Shown here one piece after another: positions 21,405 to 32,196 of a stretch of DNA of 64,000 nucleotides. A program made the position numbers and the translations under genes. Below the pieces are notes generated by a model that saw only the letters and a list, made by a program, of their open reading frames with translations, had not been told where the DNA came from and did not search any database. Origin of the DNA: Rhynchopus sp. YZ270_cl-10 (lineage: Eukaryota); NCBI GenBank assembly GCA_964035575.1, contig OZ037843.1, forward strand, positions 1,178,001 through 1,242,000, written 5' to 3'. How positions within the stretch are numbered: the stretch's first letter is position 1; each line of letters opens with the position of its first letter.

Positions 21405-23123
21405 ATGGGCTGCCTCGAGCGTGCACTGTCGCTTGACGGGACACTGGACACGCATAGCAGACGCAGACGACTGATTTATTTTATCTTCAACTGTGTGCTT
21501 TGTGCAGCATCGTGTCTGTTTACTGTGATTCAGGCGTTAACCTTTCATGACAGGTATCTGTACTTGGGAGGGATTCTTGCGTCTGTGTTGAACGGTGTCT
21601 GTTCTATTTTAGTCGTGACGTTCAGGTGCAAGCTGACCACGTTCATCATTGTTGCAGGGTGTGTGGTGTACGCACTTGCGCTGCTGTGTATAGACATGAC
21701 TGGACGCACTGAGTACGTATCCATGTGGCCGTTGATGGTTCTTGTGGTGGACTTTCTCTTGGTAATGCAGGTGCCCACACAGTACAGCACAATTGTCGTG
21801 GTGTGCACACTGGTGTATTTGGTCATCATCACTGCAGAAGAAACGTGGAGGTTTGGTCTGCTCGACATACCCGGGCTCGAGTCTCAAGAGCATCGACGTT
21901 CCTACTTAGAGAGCATGGGTGACTGTGATGTGCTGCCTTGCAAGCAGAGTAAAGCTGTTAACCAATTTGGAATTGCAGCATTGGTCTTTGTTCTTGACTT
22001 CATCGCAACTCGAGGCTTTGCACGTGGTCTCCTGAAGGAGCAGGCATCAATGCAACGCACAATCGCGACAGTGCAGGACATCGCCTCGCTCCTTGCTGGC
22101 TACGACGTGGAGAAGGTGGCGGAGCTGCTGGAGGAGCACGGTGGTGAGCTGCCTGAGGGGATGACGACAGCACTGCGGAAGTTGGAGCAGAACCTGCGTG
22201 TGTACAAGGCGTACCTCCCGAAGACGTGTCTGCCGTTTGAGGACGAGAAGGACGAATGTGTGGAACCTGGTGGTGGGCAGGATGGTACTGACAGTGACTA
22301 TCAGAGCACAGTGTCAGCGGCAACATCGAACGCGTCTGCTGCAGTGCGACGCACTTCCTTTTGGTTGCAGCCTCTCCTGCTCTCATCCACAAAGGCAACA
22401 CTGCTGACACTGAACATCAAAGACACCCTGCACCGCCTGGAGGAGGACAGTGCACGCTTCTCCGACCTCTTCACAACTGTTCTTCTGAAGACCCTGCAGG
22501 CAACAGACAGCAGACGTGGGATGGTGGACGTCTTTGTTGGGGATAGGATACACTGCTCGTTCAACGCGTCGAAGCAGTGTGCGTCGCACGCAACCTCAGC
22601 ACTGCATGCAGCAAGCATGCTCATGAGAGCTGGCCTGGCAGCCTCTGTGAACGTGGGTGTTGCAATGGGGACAGTGCTGCGTGGTGACATGGGTTGTGAT
22701 GTGATGCGCCGCTTCAGCATGGTGGGGACACTTGTGCGTGACGTGCACGGGATGGAACGTGCAGGACGTATGCTGGGGTGCGACGTTGTCTGCAACAGGA
22801 TGTGCTTCAGCGACGCTGAGTGCGAACACGACCTGCGTCTGCTTCCGTGCAAGGTGGAGGTTGCTCGAGACTGCGAGGCACAGGTTGTGGCTGAGCTGGT
22901 TTCGAAGGAAGAAGAAGCCCCAACTGCAGCTGACGAGTGGATGTACCAGATAGGCGGGAAGAAGCACTGGGAGGACTACAACATAGTGGTGCGTGGGTAC
23001 CTGCGTGGTGAGAGTTGTGACACAGACGTTGCGAAGGCGTGGGTGGAGGCGGGTGGGAGAGGCACACCAGCACACGCAGTTCCTTCCGGGACGTGCAGTG
23101 TTGTGTGTTCCTATCTTCGGTGA
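21405..23123 (+). CDS. Membrane pseudo-adenylate cyclase, copy 3 (~572 aa; most divergent TM region)
   Basis: Intact ORF from the conserved MGCLERALSLDG start. C-terminal two-thirds nearly identical to copy 1. Confidence 0.9.
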   Translation: MGCLERALSLDGTLDTHSRRRRLIYFIFNCVLCAASCLFTVIQALTFHDRYLYLGGILASVLNGVCSILVVTFRCKLTTFIIVAGCVVYALALLCIDMTGRTEYVSMWPLMVLVVDFLLVMQVPTQYSTIVVVCTLVYLVIITAEETWRFGLLDIPGLESQEHRRSYLESMGDCDVLPCKQSKAVNQFGIAALVFVLDFIATRGFARGLLKEQASMQRTIATVQDIASLLAGYDVEKVAELLEEHGGELPEGMTTALRKLEQNLRVYKAYLPKTCLPFEDEKDECVEPGGGQDGTDSDYQSTVSAATSNASAAVRRTSFWLQPLLLSSTKATLLTLNIKDTLHRLEEDSARFSDLFTTVLLKTLQATDSRRGMVDVFVGDRIHCSFNASKQCASHATSALHAASMLMRAGLAASVNVGVAMGTVLRGDMGCDVMRRFSMVGTLVRDVHGMERAGRMLGCDVVCNRMCFSDAECEHDLRLLPCKVEVARDCEAQVVAELVSKEEEAPTAADEWMYQIGGKKHWEDYNIVVRGYLRGESCDTDVAKAWVEAGGRGTPAHAVPSGTCSVVCSYLR

Positions 23124-23523
23124 TTGTGTTTTATTGCATCAACCTTTTATGTGCACTTTTTATTTGGAAATTGGATGCAGAACATTCAAAAGCTGTTTCG
23201 GGATTCGCCCCGAATTGGAATTGTCAATGTGGCAATCAGGTGCAGGGTGGTTCCGTGCATATCATAAAACCTGGCACCTTCTGTATGTGTCCCAAAACCA
23301 AGAGCGTTATGTGTGAACAAAATGTTTTGAAGGCAGGGAAAATGAACCTTTTTTTCTCTCTTTTTTGACATCTCAGACACCTTTTCTTGCACCCCCTTCT
23401 TTTGTCCAAGTATTATTTTACAGCTGTGCCCTTTTGCAGCACTCTATCAGGCTACTTTTGCCTTCACTACTTCCTCGTCACACACGAAACGCAGGAATAC
23501 ACCCTTACACACCACAGTGCACA

Positions 23524-25236
23524 ATGGGCTGTCTCGAGCGTGCACTGTCGCTTGACGGGACACTGGACACGCACAGCAGACGTATACGAAAGATTTACTT
23601 TATTTTCAACTGCTTGACCTTTGCAACCTCGTCTGCCTTCATCCTGTTAGAGGTGACATCCTTCCGCGGAAGCTACGTCTTTCTGGCAGGTTTTGCTTGC
23701 GCTATGCTGTGCAGCATCTGTTCTCTGCTAGTCATTGTGTTAAAGTACGAACTGACCACGCTCGTCATGGTGTCAGGCGCCGGACTGTACGCTGTTGCGC
23801 TACTAGTCTGTGACTTGTGTGCGCGCACTGAGTATGGATACGCTTGGCCAATGATGGTGCTTTTGGTGGACTATCTCCTGGTATTGCAGCTGCCTGCACG
23901 GTACAGCACAGCTGCCGTGGTGTGCACACTGGTGTACATGTTTGTTATTGCTGCAGAAGAATTGTGGAGGTTTGGTCTGCTCGACATACCCGGGCTCATG
24001 CCTCAAGACCGTCGACGTTCCCACGTAGATGGCCTGGGTGACTGTGATGTGCTGCCTTGCAAGCAGAAGAAAGCTGTGGCAGATCTTATGATGGCAGCGT
24101 CCGTCTTCGTCCTTGACTTCATCACAACGCGTGGCTTTGCACGTGGTCTCCTGAAGGAGCAGGCATCAATGCAGCGCACAATCGCAACAGTGCAGGACAT
24201 CGCCTCGCTCCTTGCTGGCTACGACGTGGAGAAGGTGACGGAGCTGCTGGAGGAGCACGGTGGTGAGCTGCCTGACGGGATGACGACAGCACTGCGGAAG
24301 TTGGAGCAGAACCTGCGTGTGTACAAGGCGTACCTCCCGAAGACGTGTCTGCCGTTTGAGGACGAGAAGGACCAATGTGTGGAACCTGGTGGTGAGCAGG
24401 ATGGTGCTGACAGTGACTATCAGAGCACAGTGTCAGCAGCAACATCGAACGCGTCTGCTGCAGTGCGACCCACTTCCTTTTGGTTGCAGCCTCTCCTGCT
24501 CTCATCCACAAAGGCAACACTGCTGACACTGAACATCAAAGACACCCTGCACCGCCTGGAGGAGGACAGTGCACGCTTCTCCGACCTCTTCACAACTGTT
24601 CTTCTGAAGACCCTGCAGGCAACAGACAGCAGACGTGGGATGGTGGACGTCTTTGTTGGGGACAGGATCCACTGCTCGTTCAACGTGTCGAAGCAGTGTG
24701 CGTCGCACGCAACCTCAGCACTGCATGCAGCAAGCATGCTCATGAGAGCTGGCCTGGCAGCCTCTGTGAACGTGGGTGTTGCAATGGGGAAGGTGCTGCG
24801 TGGTGACATGGGTTGTGATGTGATGCGCCGCTTCAGCATGGTGGGGACACTTGTGCGTGACGTGCACGGGATGGAACGTGCAGGACGTATGCTGGGGTGC
24901 GACGTTGTCTGCAACCGTCTTTGCTTCAGCGACGCTGAGTGCGAACATGACCTTCGTCTGCTTCCGTGCAAGGTGGAGGTTGCTCGAGACTGCGAGGCAC
25001 AGGTTGTGGCTGAGCTGGTTTCGAAGGAAGAAGAAGCCCCAACTGCAGCTGACGAGTGGATGTACCAGATAGGCGGGAAGAAGCACTGGGATTTGTACAA
25101 CACAGCAGTGCGTGGGTACCTGCGTGGTGAGAGTACGGACGTTGCGAAGGCGTGGGTGGAGGCGGGTGGGAGTGGTACACCAGCACACGCAGTTCCTTCC
25201 GGGACGTGCAGTGTTGTGTGTTCCTATCTTCGGTAG
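23524..25236 (+). CDS. Membrane pseudo-adenylate cyclase, copy 4 (~570 aa)
   Basis: Intact paralogue with the same upstream ACACCACAGTGCACA-ATG context. Confidence 0.9.
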   Translation: MGCLERALSLDGTLDTHSRRIRKIYFIFNCLTFATSSAFILLEVTSFRGSYVFLAGFACAMLCSICSLLVIVLKYELTTLVMVSGAGLYAVALLVCDLCARTEYGYAWPMMVLLVDYLLVLQLPARYSTAAVVCTLVYMFVIAAEELWRFGLLDIPGLMPQDRRRSHVDGLGDCDVLPCKQKKAVADLMMAASVFVLDFITTRGFARGLLKEQASMQRTIATVQDIASLLAGYDVEKVTELLEEHGGELPDGMTTALRKLEQNLRVYKAYLPKTCLPFEDEKDQCVEPGGEQDGADSDYQSTVSAATSNASAAVRPTSFWLQPLLLSSTKATLLTLNIKDTLHRLEEDSARFSDLFTTVLLKTLQATDSRRGMVDVFVGDRIHCSFNVSKQCASHATSALHAASMLMRAGLAASVNVGVAMGKVLRGDMGCDVMRRFSMVGTLVRDVHGMERAGRMLGCDVVCNRLCFSDAECEHDLRLLPCKVEVARDCEAQVVAELVSKEEEAPTAADEWMYQIGGKKHWDLYNTAVRGYLRGESTDVAKAWVEAGGSGTPAHAVPSGTCSVVCSYLR

Positions 25237-25705
25237 TTTTGCTGATTCATCGTGGCTAAGGACGCTCAGGCGTGGCTCAGGCGCCCTCGGGAATACTTAC
25301 CCAAGTACGCCTTAGCCACCTCTGAAGTAATAATCCTTTACACACATCACTGTGTTACCAGATAGAATCACGTCGTTCACTCACCCAACCGTGCTGAGAA
25401 ACACCAGACCTTGATCCCATTTTTTATAATTTACTAGAAAGTCATTAAAATTTTGTTCATTTTTCCAGATTGACCCCACCACTGACTGGGATCGGCTCCA
25501 AAACGCAAATAACGGCGTTTTCGCCCGTATTGTTTACACGAAACCCCGTGCAGACTAGCCATTTAATTAATTATTTACCCGACTCCCATTCCTAGTATCC
25601 CGTCTGGAGCTGTGCCCTTTTGCAACACCCCATCGGGCTACTCTTCCCTTCCCAACCTCCACACCACAAACGAAGGCAATACACCTTTACACACCACAGT
25701 TCACA

Positions 25706-27430
25706 ATGGGCTGTCTCGAGCGTGCACTGTCGCTTGACGGGACACTGGACAAGCAAAGCAGACAAAAGCGAAAGCTATTCTCTATCTTTAACTGCTTAAC
25801 ATTTGCAGCCTCGTGTGCCTTCTTCCTGTTAGAGCTGGCATCCTTCCGTGGGAGCTACATCCTCATGACAGGTATTGTCTGCTCTATACTTTTCAGCTTC
25901 TGTTCTCTGCTACTCATTCTGTTAAAGTACGAACTGACCACGCTCGTCATGGTGTCAGTCGGCGGACTGTACGCTGTGGTGATACTGGTTTGCGACCTGT
26001 GTGCGCGCACTGAGTATGGATACGTCTGGCCAATGATGGTGCTTTTGGTGGACTACCTCCTGGTATTGCAGCTGCCTGCACGGTACAGCACAGCTGCCGT
26101 GGTGTGCACACTGGTGTACATGCTTGTTCTTGCCGTAGAAGAATCGTGGAGGTTTGGTCTGTTCGACATACCCGGGCTCATGCCTCAAGACCATCGACGT
26201 TCGTACGTAGATGGTCTAGATGACTGTGATGTGCTGCCTTGCAAGAAGAAGAAAGCTGAGGCTGAGTTTATGACTGCAGCTTTTGTCTTCGTCCTTGACT
26301 TCATCGCAACTCGAGGCTTTGCACGTGGTCTCCTGAAGGAGCAGGCATCAATGCAACGCACAATTGCAACAGTGCAGGACATCGCCTCGCTCCTTGCTGG
26401 CTACGACGTGGAGAAGGTGACGGAGCTGCTGGAGGAGCACGGTGGTGAGCTGCCTGACGGGATGACGACAGCACTGCGGAAGTTGGAGCAGAACCTGCGT
26501 GTGTACAAGGCGTACCTCCCGCAGACGTGTCTGCCGTTTGAGGACGAGAAGGACGAATGTGTGGAACCTGGTGGTGAGCAGGATGGCACTGACAGTGACG
26601 ACTCAAGCACAGTGTCAGCAGCATCATCGAGCATGCTGTCTCCATTTCCGGTGACACGCACTTCCTTTTGGTTGCAGCCTCTCCTGCTCTCATCCACAAA
26701 GGCAACACTGCTGACACTGAACATCAAAGACACCCTGCACCGCCTGGAGGAGGACAGTGCACGCTTCTCCGACCTCTTCACAACTGTTCTTCTGAAGACC
26801 CTGCAGGCAACAGACAGCAGACGTGGGATGGTGGACGTCTTTGTTGGGGACAGGATCCACTGCTCGTTCAACGTGTCGAAGCAGTGTGCGTCGCACGCAT
26901 CCTCAGCACTGCACGCAGCAAGCATGCTCATGAGAGCTGGCCTGGCAGCCTCTGTGAACGTGGGTGTTGCAACAGGCACAGTGTTGCGTGGTGACATGGG
27001 TTGTGATGTGATGCGTCGCTTCAGCATGGTGGGGACACTTGTGCGTGACGTGCACGGGATGGAACGTGCAGGACGTATGCTGGGGTGCGACGTTGTCTGC
27101 AACCGTCTTTGCTTCAGCGACGCTGAGTGCGAACATGACCTTCGTCTGCTTCCGTGCAAGGTGGAGGTTGCCCGAGACTGTGAGGCACAGGTTGTGGCTG
27201 AGCTGGTTTCGAAGGAAGAAGAAGCCTCAACTGCAACGGACGAGTGGATGTACCAGATCGGTGGGAAGAAGCACTGGGAATTGTACAACACAGCAGTGCG
27301 TGGGTACCTGCGTGGTGAGAGCAGTGACACAGACGTTGCGAAGGCGTGGGTGGAGGCGGGTGGGAGTGGCACACCAGTACACGCAGTTCCTTCCGGGACG
27401 TGCAGTGTTGTGTGTTCCTATCTTCGGTGA
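25706..27430 (+). CDS. Membrane pseudo-adenylate cyclase, copy 5 (574 aa)
   Basis: Intact paralogue. Its 3' flank matches that of copy 3. Confidence 0.9.
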   Translation: MGCLERALSLDGTLDKQSRQKRKLFSIFNCLTFAASCAFFLLELASFRGSYILMTGIVCSILFSFCSLLLILLKYELTTLVMVSVGGLYAVVILVCDLCARTEYGYVWPMMVLLVDYLLVLQLPARYSTAAVVCTLVYMLVLAVEESWRFGLFDIPGLMPQDHRRSYVDGLDDCDVLPCKKKKAEAEFMTAAFVFVLDFIATRGFARGLLKEQASMQRTIATVQDIASLLAGYDVEKVTELLEEHGGELPDGMTTALRKLEQNLRVYKAYLPQTCLPFEDEKDECVEPGGEQDGTDSDDSSTVSAASSSMLSPFPVTRTSFWLQPLLLSSTKATLLTLNIKDTLHRLEEDSARFSDLFTTVLLKTLQATDSRRGMVDVFVGDRIHCSFNVSKQCASHASSALHAASMLMRAGLAASVNVGVATGTVLRGDMGCDVMRRFSMVGTLVRDVHGMERAGRMLGCDVVCNRLCFSDAECEHDLRLLPCKVEVARDCEAQVVAELVSKEEEASTATDEWMYQIGGKKHWELYNTAVRGYLRGESSDTDVAKAWVEAGGSGTPVHAVPSGTCSVVCSYLR

Positions 27431-27978
27431 TTGTGTTTTATTGCATTCAACCTTTTATGTACACTTTTTATTTGGAACTTGGATGCAGAACATTCAAAAG
27501 CTGTTTCGGGATTCACCCCCAAGCGCTTTTATTGAAGTGACTTATGTTGTCTATTCATCATCGTCCCCTGATGGAAGGCCAAGAGCGCGAATGCTATTGT
27601 GTGATCGTTGTGTGGCTGATAAAGTGCGAGCACGCCACAAATCACGTCTTGGGGTGTGAAATTTCACTGAAAAGTACTGACGAACGGCAAAACGCAGACA
27701 TAAGAGTAGCGCAGTGCGAACAGCACAGCCCCGTTTGAAAATGCGGCCTCCAAAAAAAGTGGCAATGGACACGAAACGAAACCCTCACCCCCACCGACAC
27801 CCCCCTTTTCCATTCCCTCCCCCTCCCCTCCCCTTCTTCCTATTTTCCTTTTTTCCAAAATGTTCACAACATTTGTTCAGCGTACTCTAGGATGCAGTTC
27901 GAATTATTCAAATAAAGGACGCCAAAAACCACCTTCTTCAAAACCATCACAGAATACCTCATTCAATCGTAACTCCAT

Positions 27979-29367
27979 ATGGCATCCCTTAGATCAGCCT
28001 GGTTGGCCTGCTTGGTCGCTTTCTGTTCTGCTACGTCGAACGTTGAGGTGCAGGTCACCAAATACCGTGCTGCAGTGTCCGGCAGAAGTCCTGAGGCCGG
28101 TGGCGACGACTTCTCCGCAAGCGTGACCATCAGCACTGGAGCTGCCCCCGCTTCCACTATGTGCGCACAGTGCAACTGCATCAAGAGCAACCCCTTTGCG
28201 TATGCACGCAGCTGCGAGGCGACGTACAGCTACGAGACAGGGGTGGTGGCGACGGAGGCCTCTGCGATTGACGTTTCCGTCCATGGCTGGGAGGACGACA
28301 TTGGCGACCGCTGTACATTCGACCTTGCTCCCATTCCCGGGGACAACTTCGACGACGACGAAGGCACGACCGCCTGCAACTATCCCCTCGCCGACGTCAC
28401 CGAGGGCGAATGGCACGAAGTTACCTGCGGCGATGCGGCCACAATGGTCACCCTTCGTTTCCGTTGGACTGCGGCAGCGCCCCTCATCGAGACCGAGCAC
28501 GACGCCATCTTCGCCATCAAATCCGCTCTCGGAGGCCTCGACGCCTGGACCGGCACCTCCCTCTGCTCTTTCCCTGGCATCGGCTGCACCCCGCAGGGTG
28601 CCGTCGAGAGAATCGATCTGTCAGACCTGACAACCAATGCAGCACCTCTACCGGACCTCGCAGTGCTGACAACGCTCCGCATTCTGTCTGTGAAGGGAAC
28701 CTCTGTGACCGGGTTTGGCTCGCTTCCTACATCTTTGGTTGACTTGGACTTTTCATGGACCGATTTCAGCTCCGAAATGCCGCCCGTCATCGCAACCCTT
28801 TCCAACCTAGTTACCCTCCGCGCAAAGGCAGCAAACCTTGAGGGCACCCTCCCAGCATTCCCTGAGGCGTTGATCACAATCGACGTCAGCCAGAACGAAC
28901 TGAGCGGCGCCGTTCCCACTCTTCCGGTGAACGTCAGAAACTTCATTGGTAGATACAACGGCTTCTCTAGGGCTCTTCCGGGCAGCGAATCTGTCCTGCG
29001 GATGGTGGTTAACAACAACAACTTTGAGGGTACCATTCCGGCGTACCCTAAATTGACTCATGGACACTTCCATCACAATGCGCTCACCGGAACGTACGTG
29101 CCTGCCGATATGCCAGAGGCACACTACATTGATGTGTCGCACAACAGTATGAACGGTGTGCTCCCGAACCTCGCGGCAACAAAGGTGGAGGTGTTCAAAG
29201 GGTACCGCAACAACTTCGTCGGGGGGTTCCACTTTGCAGCCCCAGGGCAGCGTGTGATGGCGATGCTGTACGTGAATTACAACAACCTCTCGGGCAAGCA
29301 GCCTACCCCAGCAGAGGCCCTGCTCGTTGCAGCGCGTGTTAAGGTGTCGAACAATGGATGGGATTAG
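27979..29367 (+). CDS. Secreted leucine-rich-repeat protein (plant-RLP/PGIP-like LxGxLP repeats) with an N-terminal Cys-containing beta domain, 462 aa
   Basis: Signal peptide MASLRSAWLACLVAFCSA. LRR N-cap AIFAIKSALGGLDAWTGTSLCSFPGIGC. Repeats IDVSQNELSGAVP, NNNNFEGTIP, HNALTG, IDVSHNSMNGVLP. No TM segment. Confidence 0.88.
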   Translation: MASLRSAWLACLVAFCSATSNVEVQVTKYRAAVSGRSPEAGGDDFSASVTISTGAAPASTMCAQCNCIKSNPFAYARSCEATYSYETGVVATEASAIDVSVHGWEDDIGDRCTFDLAPIPGDNFDDDEGTTACNYPLADVTEGEWHEVTCGDAATMVTLRFRWTAAAPLIETEHDAIFAIKSALGGLDAWTGTSLCSFPGIGCTPQGAVERIDLSDLTTNAAPLPDLAVLTTLRILSVKGTSVTGFGSLPTSLVDLDFSWTDFSSEMPPVIATLSNLVTLRAKAANLEGTLPAFPEALITIDVSQNELSGAVPTLPVNVRNFIGRYNGFSRALPGSESVLRMVVNNNNFEGTIPAYPKLTHGHFHHNALTGTYVPADMPEAHYIDVSHNSMNGVLPNLAATKVEVFKGYRNNFVGGFHFAAPGQRVMAMLYVNYNNLSGKQPTPAEALLVAARVKVSNNGWD

Positions 29368-29664
29368 AGTTCGAAAAAGAAAAGAAGTGAAATAAAGAGT
29401 GATTCTTTAAATGAGCTCAGCTTTTTATCAAAAAAAATATCAAAAAAAAAAAAAAAAAAAAAAAAAAAAACACACACAAAAAAAAAAAAAAAATGAAGAC
29501 AACAAAAGCAAAGAAAAGGGGAGGGGGCTCGGGGAGGGGGGGGGGTTTAAAAAAAGTATTGATTACAGATGCTAGGATTGTCGATGCGACAAAAAAACAA
29601 AACAAGTCGTCGACTACAATTTTGTGTTTTTAGAAATCATTTTTTTTTCTCTTTTTTTAGATAA

Positions 29665-29763
29665 GCCACCTGATTTTTTACCCCGCGTATAGGCGTACAG
29701 GCGCGAAGAGAGAACTGAATAGGACCGTATACGCGCCTATACGCGAGGTAAAAATCAGGTGGC
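29665..29763. mobile_element. 99-bp PIF/Harbinger (Tourist)-like MITE
   Basis: TAA|GCCACCTGATTTTTTACCCCGCGTATAGGCG ... CGCCTATACGCGAGGTAAAAATCAGGTGGC|TAA. Confidence 0.75.
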
Positions 29764-30151
29764 TAAGGTCCTTGGGCTGTTGTTTTGCGAACTCTATTAA
29801 AAAAACTATTGACCCACACCCCGTTCAGTACCCCCTCACCCCCTTTTCTCTTCAATAGTGCAATTTTATTTTCCAACTTTCCTTCCAACTCTCCCCTCCA
29901 CGCCTTTTTTTTCCCGGGTTTTGCATTCGCAAAAAAACCCAATTTCAAAAAAAATTAACGTTTTTTTAAAAACCCTAAGGCATGGTGTACAGAAGACCTC
30001 TTAACTATACAATCTTGGTTTTTTTTTTGGGGTGATTTTTTTAGCTAAGATTTTAGATAAAACATTTTCTAAGATGAGATGAGTGGGGTCTTAGTCAAAG
30101 ATCTTCTATATACCTATGTGAAGGGTTTTGTGTTTTTTTTTTTTATGAAAA

Positions 30152-30182
<31 letters not shown>

Positions 30183-30761
30183 GTTTTACTTTAGCAGTGT
30201 TTCCCAGCATCTCACCTAACTCTGAAAATAGGTGAGATTTTGCGGTTTTGCGGGTTTTTGTATAGGTGTGGCGAGCCCGGGCGCGCTTCGCGCGCCCAGG
30301 TCCCCACCTTAGCTCAAGTTGGGGGCCTCCGGCGGAATGTGAGAATTTCTCGGAGTTCGGCACTTCATTGATATTTGCACCAGGCACACGTGGTATACGA
30401 ATTATCAGTAAACTCAGTACATTTACAAAATAAACAGCAGTCATGGCAGGCATGGCACCCAAGCGAAGCCACGGTACGCAACATTTCTAAAAATTGTTGA
30501 CATAAATGTCACTGTCGTTAGGGATTTTTGCGGAGCAAAAAAAAAAATCAAACAAATGGCGCCGCAGGAGAAAAAAAATTAGGGTATAGTGTAAAAACCT
30601 ATCTTTTTACAGCACATAGTCACACACCTAACCCTTTTTTGCGGAGCAAAAAAGGGAAAATGGCGCCGCAGGCAAAAAAAAATTGAGGTACAGCCTGGAT
30701 GGTGCGGTCAGCAACCCAGTTCCCCATGGTACTCCCGCGGTTCAACCATGATTTTTTTTTT

Positions 30762-32025
30762 TTTATTCCCCTGGGAAATAAAGTATACGAAGGATTTGGC
30801 ACTTTTAGCGGGATTTTATTTAATGATAATTTCACGCTAAATTTTGGTACATGTAGGTAGTAGGGCTGGAGGGACCGTCCAGCCTTTTTTAGCCTCCCTC
30901 CAGCCTCCTCAATCCCGCCAGCCCCTCAGCGGGCCTATCTAGGGGTCCGCGGGACCCGGTAGCGCTGGCGGGAGGGTAATGAGCAGGGTTGTTCCTTGTT
31001 CTCGGAAAAAACAGCAAAATTCTGGATTTATGTTCCCGTTTTTTTCCTTTTTTTGGGTGGGGTTTTTTGCCCTTTTTCGGGCTTTCCGAGCTCTACCCTC
31101 GCTGTAGTGGGGTCATTTCGAGAAAATGGACAAGTTCTTGATTGATACAAATTTTGGCTACGACAACTAGTGCGTTGCTCACAATGCTAAATGAGTGTCA
31201 GAACTGTGATTCTGGGCCCACTTTAACCGCCCCTCGAAATTCAAAAAGGGGTCCCAAACCCGGGCGCGCTACACGCGCGCGGAACTTTTTGCAGCTTTGG
31301 TCTAGTTGCATTTTGGCTGCAAAATGCAAGGGGATCCCCAAAGACGTTGGGAATATTATTTGGATGGGGCAGTGATTTTGTACCTGCACATACGCTCCCT
31401 CGTGGTAACCGTGTGCATGCCAATGAAGTGCTCTCTGGGGTTCGATAACCCGTGGAACCAGTGCTTCCGCCGATGAACGGTGAGGCGTTGCACTTCTCTT
31501 TTTGCGGAGCAAAAAATAATATAAATGGCGCCGCAGGCAAAAAATTTTGAGTACAGTGTAAAAATTTAGCTTCCAACGAACCCTTTTTTGCAGAGCAAAA
31601 AATGAAAAATGGCGCCGCAGGCAAAAAAAAAATTGGGGGTACAGCCCTGACGGTGCAGGATTTTGTTGTCAATTTTTTTTTCTTGCCCCCTGAAAACTCT
31701 TGCTTTTGAGAGTTTCGACCATTTCACCACACTGGTGGTGTGTCACCTACAGTGAAACCCACTAGAAACCACAAGAAAGCCCCCTAAGGAAAAAAAGGAA
31801 AAAAAAAAAGGAAAAAAAAACTAAAATCCAGAATTTCATGTTCTCGGTCCCACTTAGGAACTTCCCTGGTAATGAGAGCTTTTTTTTTTTTTTTTTCACG
31901 CTCTTTTTTTTTTTTTTCCCTGAGAGCTTCCTGTGAGGACACATACTCGTTAGTTATTGCACAATAAATAAGTCACGCTAAAAGTGCCAAATCCTTTCGT
32001 ATACTTTATTTCCCGTGAAATAAAA
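30762..32025. mobile_element. Internal element bounded by ~60-bp imperfect inverted repeats
   Basis: GGGAAATAAAGTATACGAAGGATTTGGCACTTTTAGCG (about 30773) is inverted at CGCTAAAAGTGCCAAATCCTTTCGTATACTTTATTTCCC (about 31976). TSD not evident. Confidence 0.65.
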
Positions 32026-32030
32026 TTACG

Positions 32031-32196
32031 TATTCACCTCCTTTTAGCGGATTATTTTGCGATACTTCACTTATTTTTTTCCCAGGCTCGTGCACTCAAT
32101 TTGCCTCGCTTCGCTCGGCAAATTAAGTAGCCCTCGCCTGGGAAAAAAATGCGTGAAGTTATCGCAAAATAAAACCCCGCTAAAAGGAGGTGAATA
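32031..32196. mobile_element. 166-bp palindromic MITE
   Basis: TATTCACCTCCTTTTAGCGG ... CCGCTAAAAGGAGGTGAATA, pairing through to the central TTGCCTCGCTTCGCTCGGCAA. Confidence 0.8.
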
